A stretch of 63,864 bases of DNA, counting the filler, from Pelomyxa schiedti (lineage: Eukaryota; Protista; Evosea): the NCBI GenBank assembly GCA_020536535.1. It is 8 parts of 8 records of this genome, joined end to end, with 100 filler letters (N's around TTAATTAATTAA, not from the genome) between each part and the next. Parts side by side here need not be neighbours in the genome. Positions count along the whole stretch, not along the records: positions 38,658 to 55,613 come from JAHLWZ010001134.1; positions 55,714 to 63,864 come from JAHLWZ010000580.1; 6 more parts are not named here. One strand, written 5' to 3'. A program made the translations under genes and the position numbers. How positions within the stretch are numbered: position 1 is the stretch's first letter; every line of letters starts with the position of its first letter. Positions 48,496-60,898 of the stretch are shown here, one piece after another. The notes under the pieces were generated by a model. That model was given only the letters and a program-made list of their open reading frames with translations, was not told the origin of the DNA and did not search any database.

Positions 48496-50210
48496 ATGAG
48501 TTGTAACATAGAGCTAAAAGAAATTATTGTAGACAACACAAGCAAGGAGCAATATCGCGCCACAAGTGCCCCACACCACAAATACAGCCACAAGCACAGG
48601 CACGATCGCAAACACAAGCATCACAGGCATCACAGACACAATCATGAAGAGTCTGTGCAGGCACAAGAAGGCCAGGAGGTTGTTCATATGCCCCCACAGC
48701 CGGAACATTCTTTGGTTCCTGCTGATCTTTGGGATGTATATTGCACCACTTTTTTTGGCCTCTGTAAGAAAGGTGACCTAAAGCCTTGGTGAAATCATTG
48801 TTAACTATGTAAAACTACAAGGTGAAGAGAAGATAAGTATGTGCAAGGCAAAAAAGCAATGTGTGCAGGACAACACCGGTGCCTCAGAGTTCGAGATTGA
48901 TTCCTTTGCATCAATGGTTGAGCACAACCTTGTTATCGTTGAGACACCGAACTCCTATGGGGGTACAACATCAGAGTCAGTGAAAAAACTGGATCATGTG
49001 AGCTTTGCATTGGCTTCGTTCTTGATTTCCAAAGAGAGACCTGAACTACCAAAAGAATGCACTGTCCGGGAATACATTGACAGGTTTGTTTTGTTCCCTG
49101 ACGGCAAGAAAACACAGTTAGAATGAGAGAATTGATAACCGCCATTCATTACTTACCAATTGTAATGCTGTATTAACATAGTAATTGCACTAACTGTGGT
49201 GCACTTTAACAGTTTCCTAATATATGTATATATACACTTCAACAACATACCCATTTTTACTGAAATCCAAGTGGATTCAAAGGAGCCAGCACGCTGGCAA
49301 AGCTTTGTGACGAAAAGGAAAGCACTCCTCTGATCGTTCGCTTTGTCGTTTTGTTCATTGTCAATCTTGTCATCTCGGTGTGTTGTCTTCAAACTGTTTG
49401 AAACCCAGGTTGTTAATCTTCCATCAGCTTGGAACAATTGCATATTGGGCACCGGGAATTGGAGGGTTGGTGACATTTGGAATTGGAATTTACCTGCATT
49501 GGTTCCGGACCCGTGTCTTGTTTGTCTGGAAGAATCCCTGTCTTTCTGGTTTGTTCCTTCTTTTCTGGAACGTGGCTGACTGGACTTTTCACCACTTCAC
49601 AACAGCGAGCGCCATGGTGTTTGGAATCTATGGGGGACTGTTCGCAGTCGTTGGTTTTGCTCTTGCCTGCGGCTTTGCGCAACATGATTCCATGTCCCCG
49701 TTGTTCTGGTACCGTTACTGGTACGCCTGGGGACCGTTGCAATTTGTATACATGGTCCTGAGTTCCATTTTTCTTGGACACACGTGCAGACTCGTGTGCG
49801 GGATCACTCCTTTCAGCACTGTTCCTGTTCCTCAGGTTTGTTGGGAACCTTTTTTTTTTTTTTGGGATTGGAAACACTCACTTTTTCGCCATCACCAGAT
49901 CACAGGCATAACATCCCTCGTCTGCGTTGGCTGGGTGTTCATGGGAATCTACGTTCCCATTTTCATTGCATTGATCGTTGTGGGACTGATCTTCATCGAT
50001 TGGCATTGTGTGCAAGCCGTTGGGATCCCTTTTTTCTGGTGTATGTTTGTATTGCCGGCCTTCATCGTGTTCCTTGTCTTGACTGGCATGGGCCACCCAA
50101 AGAGGGTGTCAATTCCAGGATTGGTTGCGTCAATTGTTCTTGCAGTAGCTTCCGCGATTGCTACTGTTGGTTTTGCACTGTCTGGAAGTTTGTTTGTACA
50201 AAGATATTGA
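48496..50210 (+). CDS. Multipass membrane protein family, copy 3 (His-rich N-terminus)
   Basis: MSCNIELKEIIV..HHKYSHKHRHDRKHKHHRHHRHNH; the 3' part is nearly identical to copy 2. Confidence 0.75.
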
Positions 50211-50719
50211 CACAAAAGCTTGTGGTGCCTTTTGTGGAATATGAATAGCAAAGCTGTGGCGAGGTGTGATGAATTTCCCCTGCGCAACAAAAGCACTTCA
50301 ATTTTGTTCTCAGGCACCTGCCATGGCACTCAAATAGAAGAGATACAGTGATGTTTTTCAGGAAAAGCAACAAGACCACAAAAATTGAGAGCCCTACAGG
50401 GGGCAAGAATTCTTGGTGATTAGTGGTAATTTACAAACGCCAACAGTGTGGTCTGGGCACAGGTAATTGCAATTACCGAGGGTTGATACCTGGTGGCCAT
50501 TATTTTACTCATGGGGCTTCCCTCTGATGACTGTTGGTCACACATGACAATCACAGGGTGTGGTCAATCACTCACCAATCGTTGTTGCCGACTCTACGAC
50601 ACCAGCCAACAAAAGGAAGTTTTCAAGGATAAAGAAACAGTGAGGATTTTTTTTTTTGTAAATGATCTGGCTGTGGCGCAGGGGAAAACCCAGCACACCT
50701 CGCCACACTGGCGTTTATT

Positions 50720-51700
50720 TTAATCTCCCAACTTTCGTGCCAGGTCGACGGCTTCGTCGGAGCTGAACCCAAGCCGGATTAACAGGGCCGTCAAAACTCC
50801 ATCAGCCCACTTGGGCAGGTTAAATATCGTGCTGATGAAGTTATATACCCTTCGGACGATTGATTTGAATCCACCACCCTTTTGTGAGGTGTTAATAGCA
50901 AGAAAGGAAAGAAAGAGCAGGGCGCACTGAAGTCACAAAGTCAACAGGAGCGGCCCGTGCATGCACATTCACTGCGTTCCATACTCTCTGTGCTGACTCG
51001 AGGCGCATTTTTGCGAATTCTGCATCCACTCTTGCATTTGGACCTGGTTTTGTGTGAGGTGATTATTTATAACGCTCTTTGGATACTTCTCGCAAATGTG
51101 GTGCCAACTACATCTTCGAAATGCCATCCCATTGCGCCCACATTGTTTGCTCGTGGCCATGAGTCCAGGTTCTCTTCATTCTCACACCCAGTCGTAACAA
51201 ATATCACAGGAACTCTGTTTCCAGAATGATGATTCTGACGTCTGTGTGGGAAAGGAGACAACATACGAGTTGTTAACCAGACCCTTGACAAACAAATCGT
51301 AGTTGTTGCCAAAAAGAGAATCTAAGCGGCCACAACGATGCACCATCACCATTAAATTGAACCCTTCACGATTGGATCGAAGGAATTCAAGCAGGTTTTT
51401 CACAGCTTCGCGCCTGGCCACAGTTGTTTGTGAGTTCATTAAGAAAGCGTTGTTTGCAACACACCCAGGCACAGTGCCATGGTCTGCTTCATTTAGCCCA
51501 GCTGTGTCAATGAAGACCACAGGTGCACCACCACCTGGTGGAACATGGGGCTCACAAGTGGTGGTTTTAAAGGTGCACCCAACAGCGCCACTGCTGGTTT
51601 CCATGTGAGTGCCAAGTAGTTCATTCAGCAGTGATGTCTTACCCTGCCCACATGCACCAAACACCAAGACACGTTTGGGTCTAAGGGTGGATGCACTCAT
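50720..51700 (-). CDS. AIG1/GIMAP-like (TRAFAC) P-loop GTPase (multi-exon)
   Basis: VLVFGACGQGKTSLLNELLG, SSGAVGCT, FIDTAGL, VIFVTTGCE; helical C-terminus ending ARKLGD*. Confidence 0.7.
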
Positions 51701-52660
51701 TTTTTATACTGTATGTGCAAACGAGGAAACTCAACAATTCATTAGACAAGGATTGGAAAATACAAAAAACAAAGAAGGCCCAAAGAAAAAAAAAAAGTAA
51801 GGACAAAGAGAACGGCAGCATACTGTTGAGTGTTTGTTTGCTGTTCTGTTTTTATTTATTTCTTGATATTCTTTTTTCCTCTTCTTCGGTTAAAAACAGC
51901 CAAACTTCTTTCCAAACGTCACCAAAAACCCAGTTGCGCCACCGAGTTGGGTTCTGGGGCAAGTTAGTTACCCGGACTAACTTGATGGATGCTGTGATGC
52001 ACAGACATCAAATGGCTGAAAAAACAACTACTACAAGACTGTCTTGTTTCTAAAGTTGAGGTTTTTCTGGCTATTCAACAACAGATTCGATCAGACCAGT
52101 ACATATCGAATTACGATTGTAACAACAACAGCGTGGAGCATTTTCACACAAGTGAAGGAGTGCCTCACGCAAAACCTCAACCAAGGAATGCAATCTTTTT
52201 TTGCAGCAGGGTTCTCAATGTCGGAAGACATTGAGGACACTAAACAGTATTATCTTGAGCTCTTTTTCCAGGGTGGGTGTGTATGCCAGCCATCAGTTAT
52301 CGTGTAGTAGAGCTCGCACGTCGGCTCTGGGATGCGGAGCGGCAGCCACAGCCTTGAAGTCCAGTACTGCGTCAGGCTCCATCTTGGTGGATGACTGTGT
52401 TGTGACACGATAAACGCAGCCTTCTTCTTTGTCGGCACGTTCTTCTTGATAACGCGAGCAGGGTTGCCTAAATTTCACGACTCGATTAGTGAACACGGAA
52501 AAAAACATTCTTGTGGTTTAACAGACAGTGAAGAATAAATCCACGTCAATCTTGAATAAAAAATAAGGTCAGCTACAATAAGTCGTCAAAACAGTGCAAA
52601 ACAGCGACAGCATTAACAAACAGAACAAAAAAAACTGGGGCAAAATGCACGTACACATTG

Positions 52661-52796
52661 CGAAAGGAAGAGACGATCGCGAGGGTATCACCGGATCTGG
52701 GTGCTTCGTGTCCCAAAACTATCCCCTCCTCTTTTTCGACGATGCGGCCAGTCCTGGCGCTGAAACGGAGACCCTCGCGATCGTCTCTTCCTTTCG
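52661..52796. repeat. Perfect 26-bp inverted repeat with 84-nt spacer
   Basis: cgaaaggaagagacgatcgcgagggt (52661-52686) and accctcgcgatcgtctcttcctttcg (52771-52796). Confidence 0.9.
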
Positions 52797-53399
52797 AACG
52801 TTGAAAGAATTCCTTTCTTGTCATGTGTGGTGGTGTGTTCCAAATCCTTCTGGAATCTTGACGTACATCTCGTGTTTGGTGATCTCTCCTGTGTTGGTTT
52901 TTTATTGGTTTCACTTTTGGTAATTCACCTTTTTCATGTTTGTTCCTGTCTCTTCCCGTTCTAGTCAAGTGATCAGAGCACAGTACGAGAAAACGTAACG
53001 TCTCGCCATCGCCGAAGAGCTGGATGGCGGAGCCGAGACGCCGTTATGGGTTGGCTTTATATCACAACGAACTTGTGCTTGTGGCAGTTATAACTTGTAA
53101 CCAAAATTCTCGTGTTTGTTCAAATACCCACCAAAGGACATGGAGTTTTTCTAGCATTTGCATAGTAAAGGACTACTCTTGGTTATTTGTCCATGACAAC
53201 GTTCTATGCTCCTAGTACCTATTGCTATTGTATACGGTTTATTCTTGTAGTTTGCCTGAGGTGACCTTTTTCCCTCGGTGCTTCTCTTCAACTACCTTTG
53301 CACAGTGAAACATCGACCATAATCCATCCTAGAGTTCCAGTTATGAGCCGGCTTTGATATGTGTAAACTATAGGCTAGTTAACACTGTGGTTGAGAGTG

Positions 53400-55450
53400 T
53401 AAAAATGTTACTTCGTATATTGCTTTCTGGTTAGAACCCCAGTGAAACGATAGAACTGTACCTTCACAATTTACTGGTGACCCAATGTAACCATTTGGCA
53501 GGTTTTTCTTAATGAGTAGGTTACACTGACTAACAATAGTTTTGTTGACCAAATCTATAATAAGAAATGTCGACTTGCCTCTGAGCTGATGATTCTTGTG
53601 GATGGAATGTCACCTCATCGGCTCCAGACTATATTTGCCATGTATTCTAATTCTTCAAGGGGAAGTCATTCAATTCTCAAATACTTCAAGAATCTAAAGA
53701 AGTCACTATCATCAGTAAGGGCAATGACAATGGCACACTTGGAAAACAAGCCGTTAGAATCAGCATCGCCTCTCATATATCTAAAAGTTGTTATTCTCAT
53801 ACATTTGGCAAACCCAGTGCAAGTTGGAAGCTCTTGACCTCAAACTAAACGCCAATTAGGCCTTCCACAAGCCTATGTAATTGTCCCCTCCATGTGGGTG
53901 ATAATGCCGAACTGCTAATCCCAAGGCTGGATGACTTCATTGCACATGGGGACCAGCACTTGAGCCTTGGTCCAAGCAGTTCCACTGATTCTTGATACAG
54001 TACCAGTGAAGCTTACCTTTCACTGTTTGATGGGTGTGAATTACAGTCTTTCTTGCGGTATGCTTAAATAGACTCAATTTTACTCACAATTTGCCATAAC
54101 AAAGACCAATACTACCCTCTGAAATACATTGTCACAATTTTGGCAATGATGTTTCTGATCAACCAAACCCTCTAATAACTCCGGAATACCGAAGACATCT
54201 ACTTAATTGGCACTCAGAGGTCCATCTTATTTCCCCAAGTTCTTTCACTTTGCTGAGATATATCCGAATGTGCTGAGAACAGGCTATAAATTACGACTCA
54301 TCTTCATCACTGCTTTATCTCAGCAAGAATTGTTGCTTTGGAGGGATTGAACTGTGACAGACAGCTTCCACACTGTTCCTACATCTCTCTCATAAAATCA
54401 AAATTCTATGTGAACACCCTTAAACCCAATAATGTACATAGGACATCCTTTTTTTGAGGCCGATGATCTATTTTGTGACTCTGTGCCAGGAACTCCAGGA
54501 AACTCAAGCCCCAGAGGGAGGCTATATTAATAATGAAACTTATTTGACAACAAGTTCTGGCCTCTTTTTGATTTCAAGGCCTAATTTTTCCCCAGATTCT
54601 TTAATATATCCAAAGCAGAAGCTACTTAAATGGATCTACAGTATAGAATCCTTCTGGTTATTCAGGAAGCCTTTGAGGATTCCAATATGGAAAATATTCA
54701 CAATCTCCTTTTATGCACTTATTCCAGCACAGGTAAGTGAAACATTGTCTGGTTCCAAAATTGGTTTTTTTTTGAATCAAATCGGATCCCCTTGTGCCAT
54801 AGGAAATGGCTTTCTCAATTATTGCCCACAAGATTTCCTATATTGATAACTTGCATGGTAGCGACACAAAAACAGCAATTTGCTCTTCAAGACCTATATT
54901 TCCAGAAGACCACGAATTCAAGGAAAAGAAAAGGACCACCCAAAGATGGATTTGAAGTTCCTTTTTGAAGGGAATTCTGAGATCAAGCCTGGTGTAAGTG
55001 TGGGGATGTGTAACTATCAATACTTCCTTGGTTTTGGATCGACACTACTCCTCCTTGGCTGAAACAGCAGCCAACAACCTCTGCCAGAACTTCTCCCCTT
55101 GAGAAGTGCATGTAATCTTGATTTTCCTTTTATACTTTCCTGAACACTATAATAGGTGTGAGTCAAGTAATGTCTTTCCCATACTGTGATACTTCGACAG
55201 GTCTGGTTCAAACTTCCAATAATTGCACAACTGAAAGAGATACACCAATAACTCAAAATTGCCACAGTTTGGTTGCAAATGACTTTCAGGATTCCTGGCA
55301 CATCACCCTGAAATCCACTCTCGTACGCCTAAATGAACTGTCTCATGAGCCATTTTTACTTCCCACTAGAAATCAACTTTCCCTCTGGCATCTCTCTCAA
55401 CTGCCACACTGTTATCCCGCAGTGTTGAAATCACTGAGGTCAAAATCAGG
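53400..55450 (+). pseudogene. Possible heavily decayed leucine-rich-repeat gene
   Basis: Short frames such as ILKYFKNLKKSL and HLENKPLESASPLIYLKVVILIHLAN have LRR-like spacing; splice-like junctions; no long ORF. Confidence 0.3.
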
Positions 55451-55713
55451 CCCATGATACACCACCGCACCCCGATTTAGAAACCATCCGCACAGTTATC
55501 GGAAATTATTCAGGTGTGTGCTGAGACATGCAGCGTATCAGTAGATACAATGGAAATAGCACTGATCAATAGTTTGTGGTCAGCAGTTTGAGCCATATAC
55601 AACCAAGGTTGCANNNNNNNNNNNNNNNNNNNNNNNNNNNNNNNNNNNNNNNNNNNNTTAATTAATTAANNNNNNNNNNNNNNNNNNNNNNNNNNNNNNN
55701 NNNNNNNNNNNNN

Positions 55714-56245
55714 CATTGCCAATTGTGGCAGAACAGGGGACTTTGTTTTAAAATTGCCTGTAATTGTGAGCCAAAGTATTGAAGCTTCTCTCTTACATTT
55801 GGGTGAAGTTAGCCACTCTACATCAACTAACTCCTGGTGCCACTGTATAGCACAGATGCGACCAAAGGCAAAGCTTTTTTGGGTCCTCAAAAAGCATAAA
55901 TAGACTGAGCCAACTCACAGAGTAAGACCCCGCACTACCAAAGGGAGTTGAACAAAGATTCTGAGCTTCTACAAAGTGCGTTGCAGAATGTTTGGTATCT
56001 TCAAAAAAAAACAGGCAATGGTAGTGCGGGGTCTTACTCTGTGAGTTGGCTCAGTCTATTTATGCTTTTTGAGGACCCAAAAAAGCTTTGCCTTTGGTCG
56101 CATCTGTGCTATACAGTGGCACCAGGAGTTAGTTGATGTAGAGTGGCTAACTTCACCCAAATGTAAGAGAGAAGCTTCAATACTTTGGCTCACAATTACA
56201 GGCAATTTTAAAACAAAGTCCCCTGTTCTGCCACAATTGGCAATG
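55714..56245. repeat. 227-bp inverted repeat at contig start (arms 55714-55940 and 56019-56245)
   Basis: No mismatch seen between the arms; 78-nt spacer; abuts a gap. Confidence 0.9.
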
Positions 56246-56778
56246 ACAGGCACTGTCTCTGTCTTTGATGTTCTCCGCCAAGTGGTGGTTATGCCTGGGT
56301 TCCGCTGTGGTTTGACAACACAGACTAAGAACACATTTGTTTGGCTGTCAGCAGCACTTGGTGTATGAATTCACCTCCGCACCCACCTTCCCACCACAGC
56401 CCCCCTCAAACAGACAAAAGACAAAAGACACTTCTGTGGCGAGGTGACTTCGCGTCGCTGTAGTTCTAAGTACGGTTCTAATCACTGATGGATTTCTGGG
56501 AAAACTGCCGCGAATCTATTGGGACCCTGAGGGAGATCCAGGCAACACCTAGAATTGATTCTAGCACCTTTATAAGGCGGGAACAACACCATCGTAGTTA
56601 TAGCAAGCAAAAGCTAAAGTAATAAACAATAAACTCTTGTGTTTGTATTCGGGCTTCTTTCTCCCTTACTACACAAGTAAAACAACAACCATCGACACCC
56701 CAGCACACCTCACAGTGTGGTGGTCACTATCCCAACCCAATCTACCTCGGCACAAAAAGCGTCGAATCGATTCATTGA

Positions 56779-59700
56779 ATGTCGGTTGGTATGGAGGTAG
56801 CTCACAACATCAAGGTCGGCATAGTTGGGGACGGATGTGTCGGAAAAGTGCGTAAAGAGTAGTGTGCAATGTCAGCGGGCCAGCTGGTTTTTTTGTTTTA
56901 CGCATCTAATGCCCGAAAACCAGACATCAGTGCTTATTCGGTGGACTTGTGGGTCGTTTCCACCTAAATACGAGTACATTACGCCCATGGTGTTCGAAAA
57001 CTACAGGTAAAAAAAAGGGGTCGTGGGGTTACTGTCAAAGCAATTGTGACTGTCTAGAGTGCCAACGTTATGTTTGAGGGCAAGCCATGCATTCTGAGAT
57101 TGTGGGACTTTTTGTGTATGTACTTATGTGTATTAATGTCTAATGAGAAATTCCTGCAGGTGGTGAAGAGTTTGACAGGGAGAGTGCTTGGAACTATCCC
57201 CAGACAGATATTTTCTTGGTATGCAAACTGCTGTGCATTTTTTTTCTTGACAAACTTTGGAAGCTATGCTTCTCAGTCATCAATGCCGCCAGTTTTGAGA
57301 ATGTCCGGTGCAAGGTACCAAGTCCCTTTTGTGCTTCTTTATTCACCAATTTTGCCAACAAACAGTGGTACCCTGTGGTGAGTGCTTTCTGAGTTTCTTG
57401 TCGGATTCCCAAATGCTTTTAGGTATCTCACTATTGTCCAGACGCCCCGTTCATCATTGTGGGGACGAAACGCGATTTGAGGGCCGATCCAGTTGCCAAT
57501 GAGCCTTACATTAGGCGAGGCATGCCACCTGTTTCATTTCAAATGGCCTCTGAGGTAATTTGTATTTGTTATGATGCAGGGAAGCGACAGCTTTTTTAAC
57601 TTATTCCATAGATGGTGCTAGAACTTCATGCCTCAGCGTATGTTGAGACAAGTTCCTTAACTGGCGAACACATTCAGGATCTTTTCACATGTGCACTCAG
57701 AATTGCAACAAGGACACCTCGGAAACCACCGAAAAGAAATAAATCTGTGCCATCATTGTCATGGGTACTCTCACCGATTCGTACAACTTTCACAGATAAC
57801 TCACCCTCAGAAAACAGGGAACTATATGGAACGCAGTTGTTCCTCGCACTGGAACACCAAAGCCTTCTACCGCTGCTCATCGACCCTCATGGCTACCACT
57901 TTTCACCAACGTTGATGTGGCTGCAAGGTAATGCAATCTTTCCCTCTAGATTTGCCTGACTTTATCATACCCTCACAGGTACGGTCACACACAATCACGA
58001 TGTGGAAGCGTGCTGTTCACAGTCGGGGGAATGTGTGCCGAGGGTGCACCACCCGCACCTGAGGTCTTGAGATTCGAATATTCGAGCGGGAGTTGGTTGC
58101 AACCCATCCCTCTGGAGATCACAGCTGGCAACGATAACCAGAGGAACTCTGTTGTTTACAAAGGAATGACTTTCGCTGCTTCCGCGTGCGACTCGTCAAA
58201 CTACATCCTGACAAACTTTGACTCAATCTCAAACAGGTTCGTTGACAACCTGATGTTCCTCTTTGGAGGTTCGTTACCCGTCGCTCCCTCTTCAATCGAA
58301 CACAAATACGCAGGAAAGAGCAACAGTTACACAAACTCATTGCATTGCCTGAATTTGACCACAGGTGAGTGGTCACTTCTCCCAGAAGGAAACCGTGCAG
58401 AATCACCCTCACCTCGATATGGTTCATCAATGATCTCATTCGCGAAGTGCTTGTTTGTGTTTGGAGGGTATGCTCAGCAACCCCAAATACTCCTTTGTTA
58501 ACAACTACAGGTGTGACTGCAATGGGGCCGCATGTGAGGACACGAAGTGTTATGACTTGGTCTCACAAGGCTGGATTCCGGTGTGTGTTTTCTGTGATTC
58601 GTTTTACATAACATCGGGGTTTCTCCTTGGATTTTAATAATCACTCTACATACGCAAAGGTGCCAGTCAAGCCAGGAAAAAAAATTCCAAGCGGGAGATT
58701 TCATCACACTTCTGTTTGTCACAACAGGAACATGATTATCTTTGGTAAAACTCCCAAGTAACATATCAAAAACGCCACAAAAACTCACCCAGAACCACAG
58801 GAGGAATATTGAAGGGAAAGAAACTCAATGATTTGTGGATTCTCGGNNNNNNNNNNNNNNNNNNNNNNNNNNNNNNNNNNNNNNNNNNNNNNNNNNNNNN
58901 NNNNNNNNNNNNNNNNNNNNNNNNNNNNNNNNNNNNNNNNNNNNNNGCAATCTTTCCCTCTAGATTTGCCTGACTTTATCATACCCTCACAGGTACGGTC
59001 ACACACAATCACGATGTGGAAGCGTGCTGTTCACAGTCGGGGGAATGTGTGCCGAGGGTGCACCACCTGCACCTGAGGTCTTGAGATTCGAATATTCGAG
59101 CGGAAGTTGGTTGCAACCAATCCCTCTCGGGATCACAGCTTGCAACAATAACCAGAGGAACTCTGTTGTTTACAAAGGAATGACTTTTGCTGCTTCCGCG
59201 TACGACTCGTCAAACTACGTCCTGACAAACTTTGACTCAATCTCAAACAGGTTTGTTGACAACCTGATGTTCCTCTTTGGAGGTTCGTTACCCGTCGCTC
59301 CCTCTTCAATCGAACACAAATACTCAACTCAGGGAAGAGCAACAGTTATACAAACTCATTGCATTGCCTGAATTTGACAACAGGTGAGTGGTCACTTCTC
59401 CCAGAAGGAAACCGTGCAGAATCACCCTCACCTCGATATGGTTCATCAATGGTTGCATTCGCGATGTGCTTGTTTGTGTTTGGAGGGTATGCTCAGCAAC
59501 ACCAAATACTCCTTTGTTAACAACTACAGGCGTGACTGCAATGGGGCCGCATGTGAGGACACGAAGTGTTATGACTTGGTCTCACAAGGCTGGATTCCGG
59601 TGTGTGTTTTCTGTGATTCGTTTTACATAACATCGGGGTTTCTCCTTAGATTTTAATAATCACTCTACATACGCAAAGGTGCCAGTCAAGCCAGGAAAAA

Positions 59701-60764
59701 AAATTCCAAGTGGGAGATTTCATCACACTTCTGTTTGTCACAATAGGAACATGATTATCTTTGGTAAAACTCCCAAGTAACATATCAAAAACGCCACAAA
59801 AACTCACCCAGAACCACAGGAGGAATATTGAAGGGAAAGAAACTCAATGATTTGTGGATTCTCGGTAACCATAATAATAATTAGCTCCAATCCCAGTCGA
59901 TAAATCGCAAACATGAACATAGATATTTCCACGAAGGTCTGGCTTCACCCAGTGACACAAGGGATCACACCACCACCGATGCGAGGCCACTCAGCCGCTG
60001 TGATTGGTGATGAAATGTTTGTGTGCTCTTGTGATCTCCCTGCAAATCCTTCTTCAATGGCTTTGTTCAAGTATCCTTCTCTCCTTCCATTCCCTCCTCT
60101 CCAATTGATTCTCACTCTCACACAGACTCACGTTGGGATCAACAACAACCTTGGAGTGGACACGAGTTGAGATCGGGAACACACCACCTGTTCGTGAATT
60201 CCACACTCTTCTTTCATCGGAGACTGGTTCGTTGATCCTGGCAGGTGGTCGTGCTCTCACACCTTCTTCTGGAACACCCTCAGGTGTGTTCGCTTTCTTC
60301 ATACACGAGTAAATGATTGACTGAAAACCAGGGAAGATGCACGGTGATGCGTGGTGGCTTCAGCTTTTCAGCAACGTTTTCGGGATGCTTCCGCACGAAC
60401 TGTGGATGAACATTTTCTCGTTCTGTGATCCAAAGGATCTCTTCCGGATTTCTGCTGTATGTATCACCATAACAGCCGCCATTGACATTTACTTACCATA
60501 TTTGCACTCACACTCATTATCACACCCACAGGTGTGCTGGGATTTCCGAACACTTGCATCATCAGATGTGCTTTGGACGCGGTTCATTCCACCGAGTATC
60601 ATCAACAGGAGCAGCAACCAAGGCGCACCCCTCAAGTCCCTGTTCGTGTCCTCTGCTGCGGTCTATATTTACACTTCCGGTGCAACCCTCACAGATTCTT
60701 GGTGCGTTGTCATTGTCTTTCAGTTTTCTCCCTGAGTTTTTGTGGCAGGATTTTTGTTCCTTGA
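56779..60764 (+). CDS. Atypical Rho GTPase / Kelch / F-box fusion, copy 1 (spans an N gap; may be two partial paralogs)
   Basis: [13 protein letters not shown]|TS, VFENY, WDFL|[26 protein letters not shown]; Kelch blades ([46 protein letters not shown]); F-box [23 protein letters not shown]|[15 protein letters not shown]. Confidence 0.8.
57935..59866 (+). repeat. ~0.9-kb near-identical direct repeat across N gap (57935-58846 and 58947-59866)
   Basis: The same Kelch exons and introns occur twice, with scattered substitutions and small indels. Confidence 0.85.
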
Positions 60765-60898
60765 CTCAGCGCCGTTGTTCATCACCTCCCCTTTCACTGA
60801 ATGAAATTCAAAACAACAAAAAACCACCAGACAAGTTTCAAACTTTGTTATCATAAAAAGCGAAAACCGGTCGCGGGGTACGAGACGAGGAGGCACGA

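Noticed and set aside
55714-56245. 227-bp inverted repeat as a foldback element or hairpin gene
   Set aside because: Apparently identical arms, a short spacer and position at a contig edge fit an amplification or assembly chimera.
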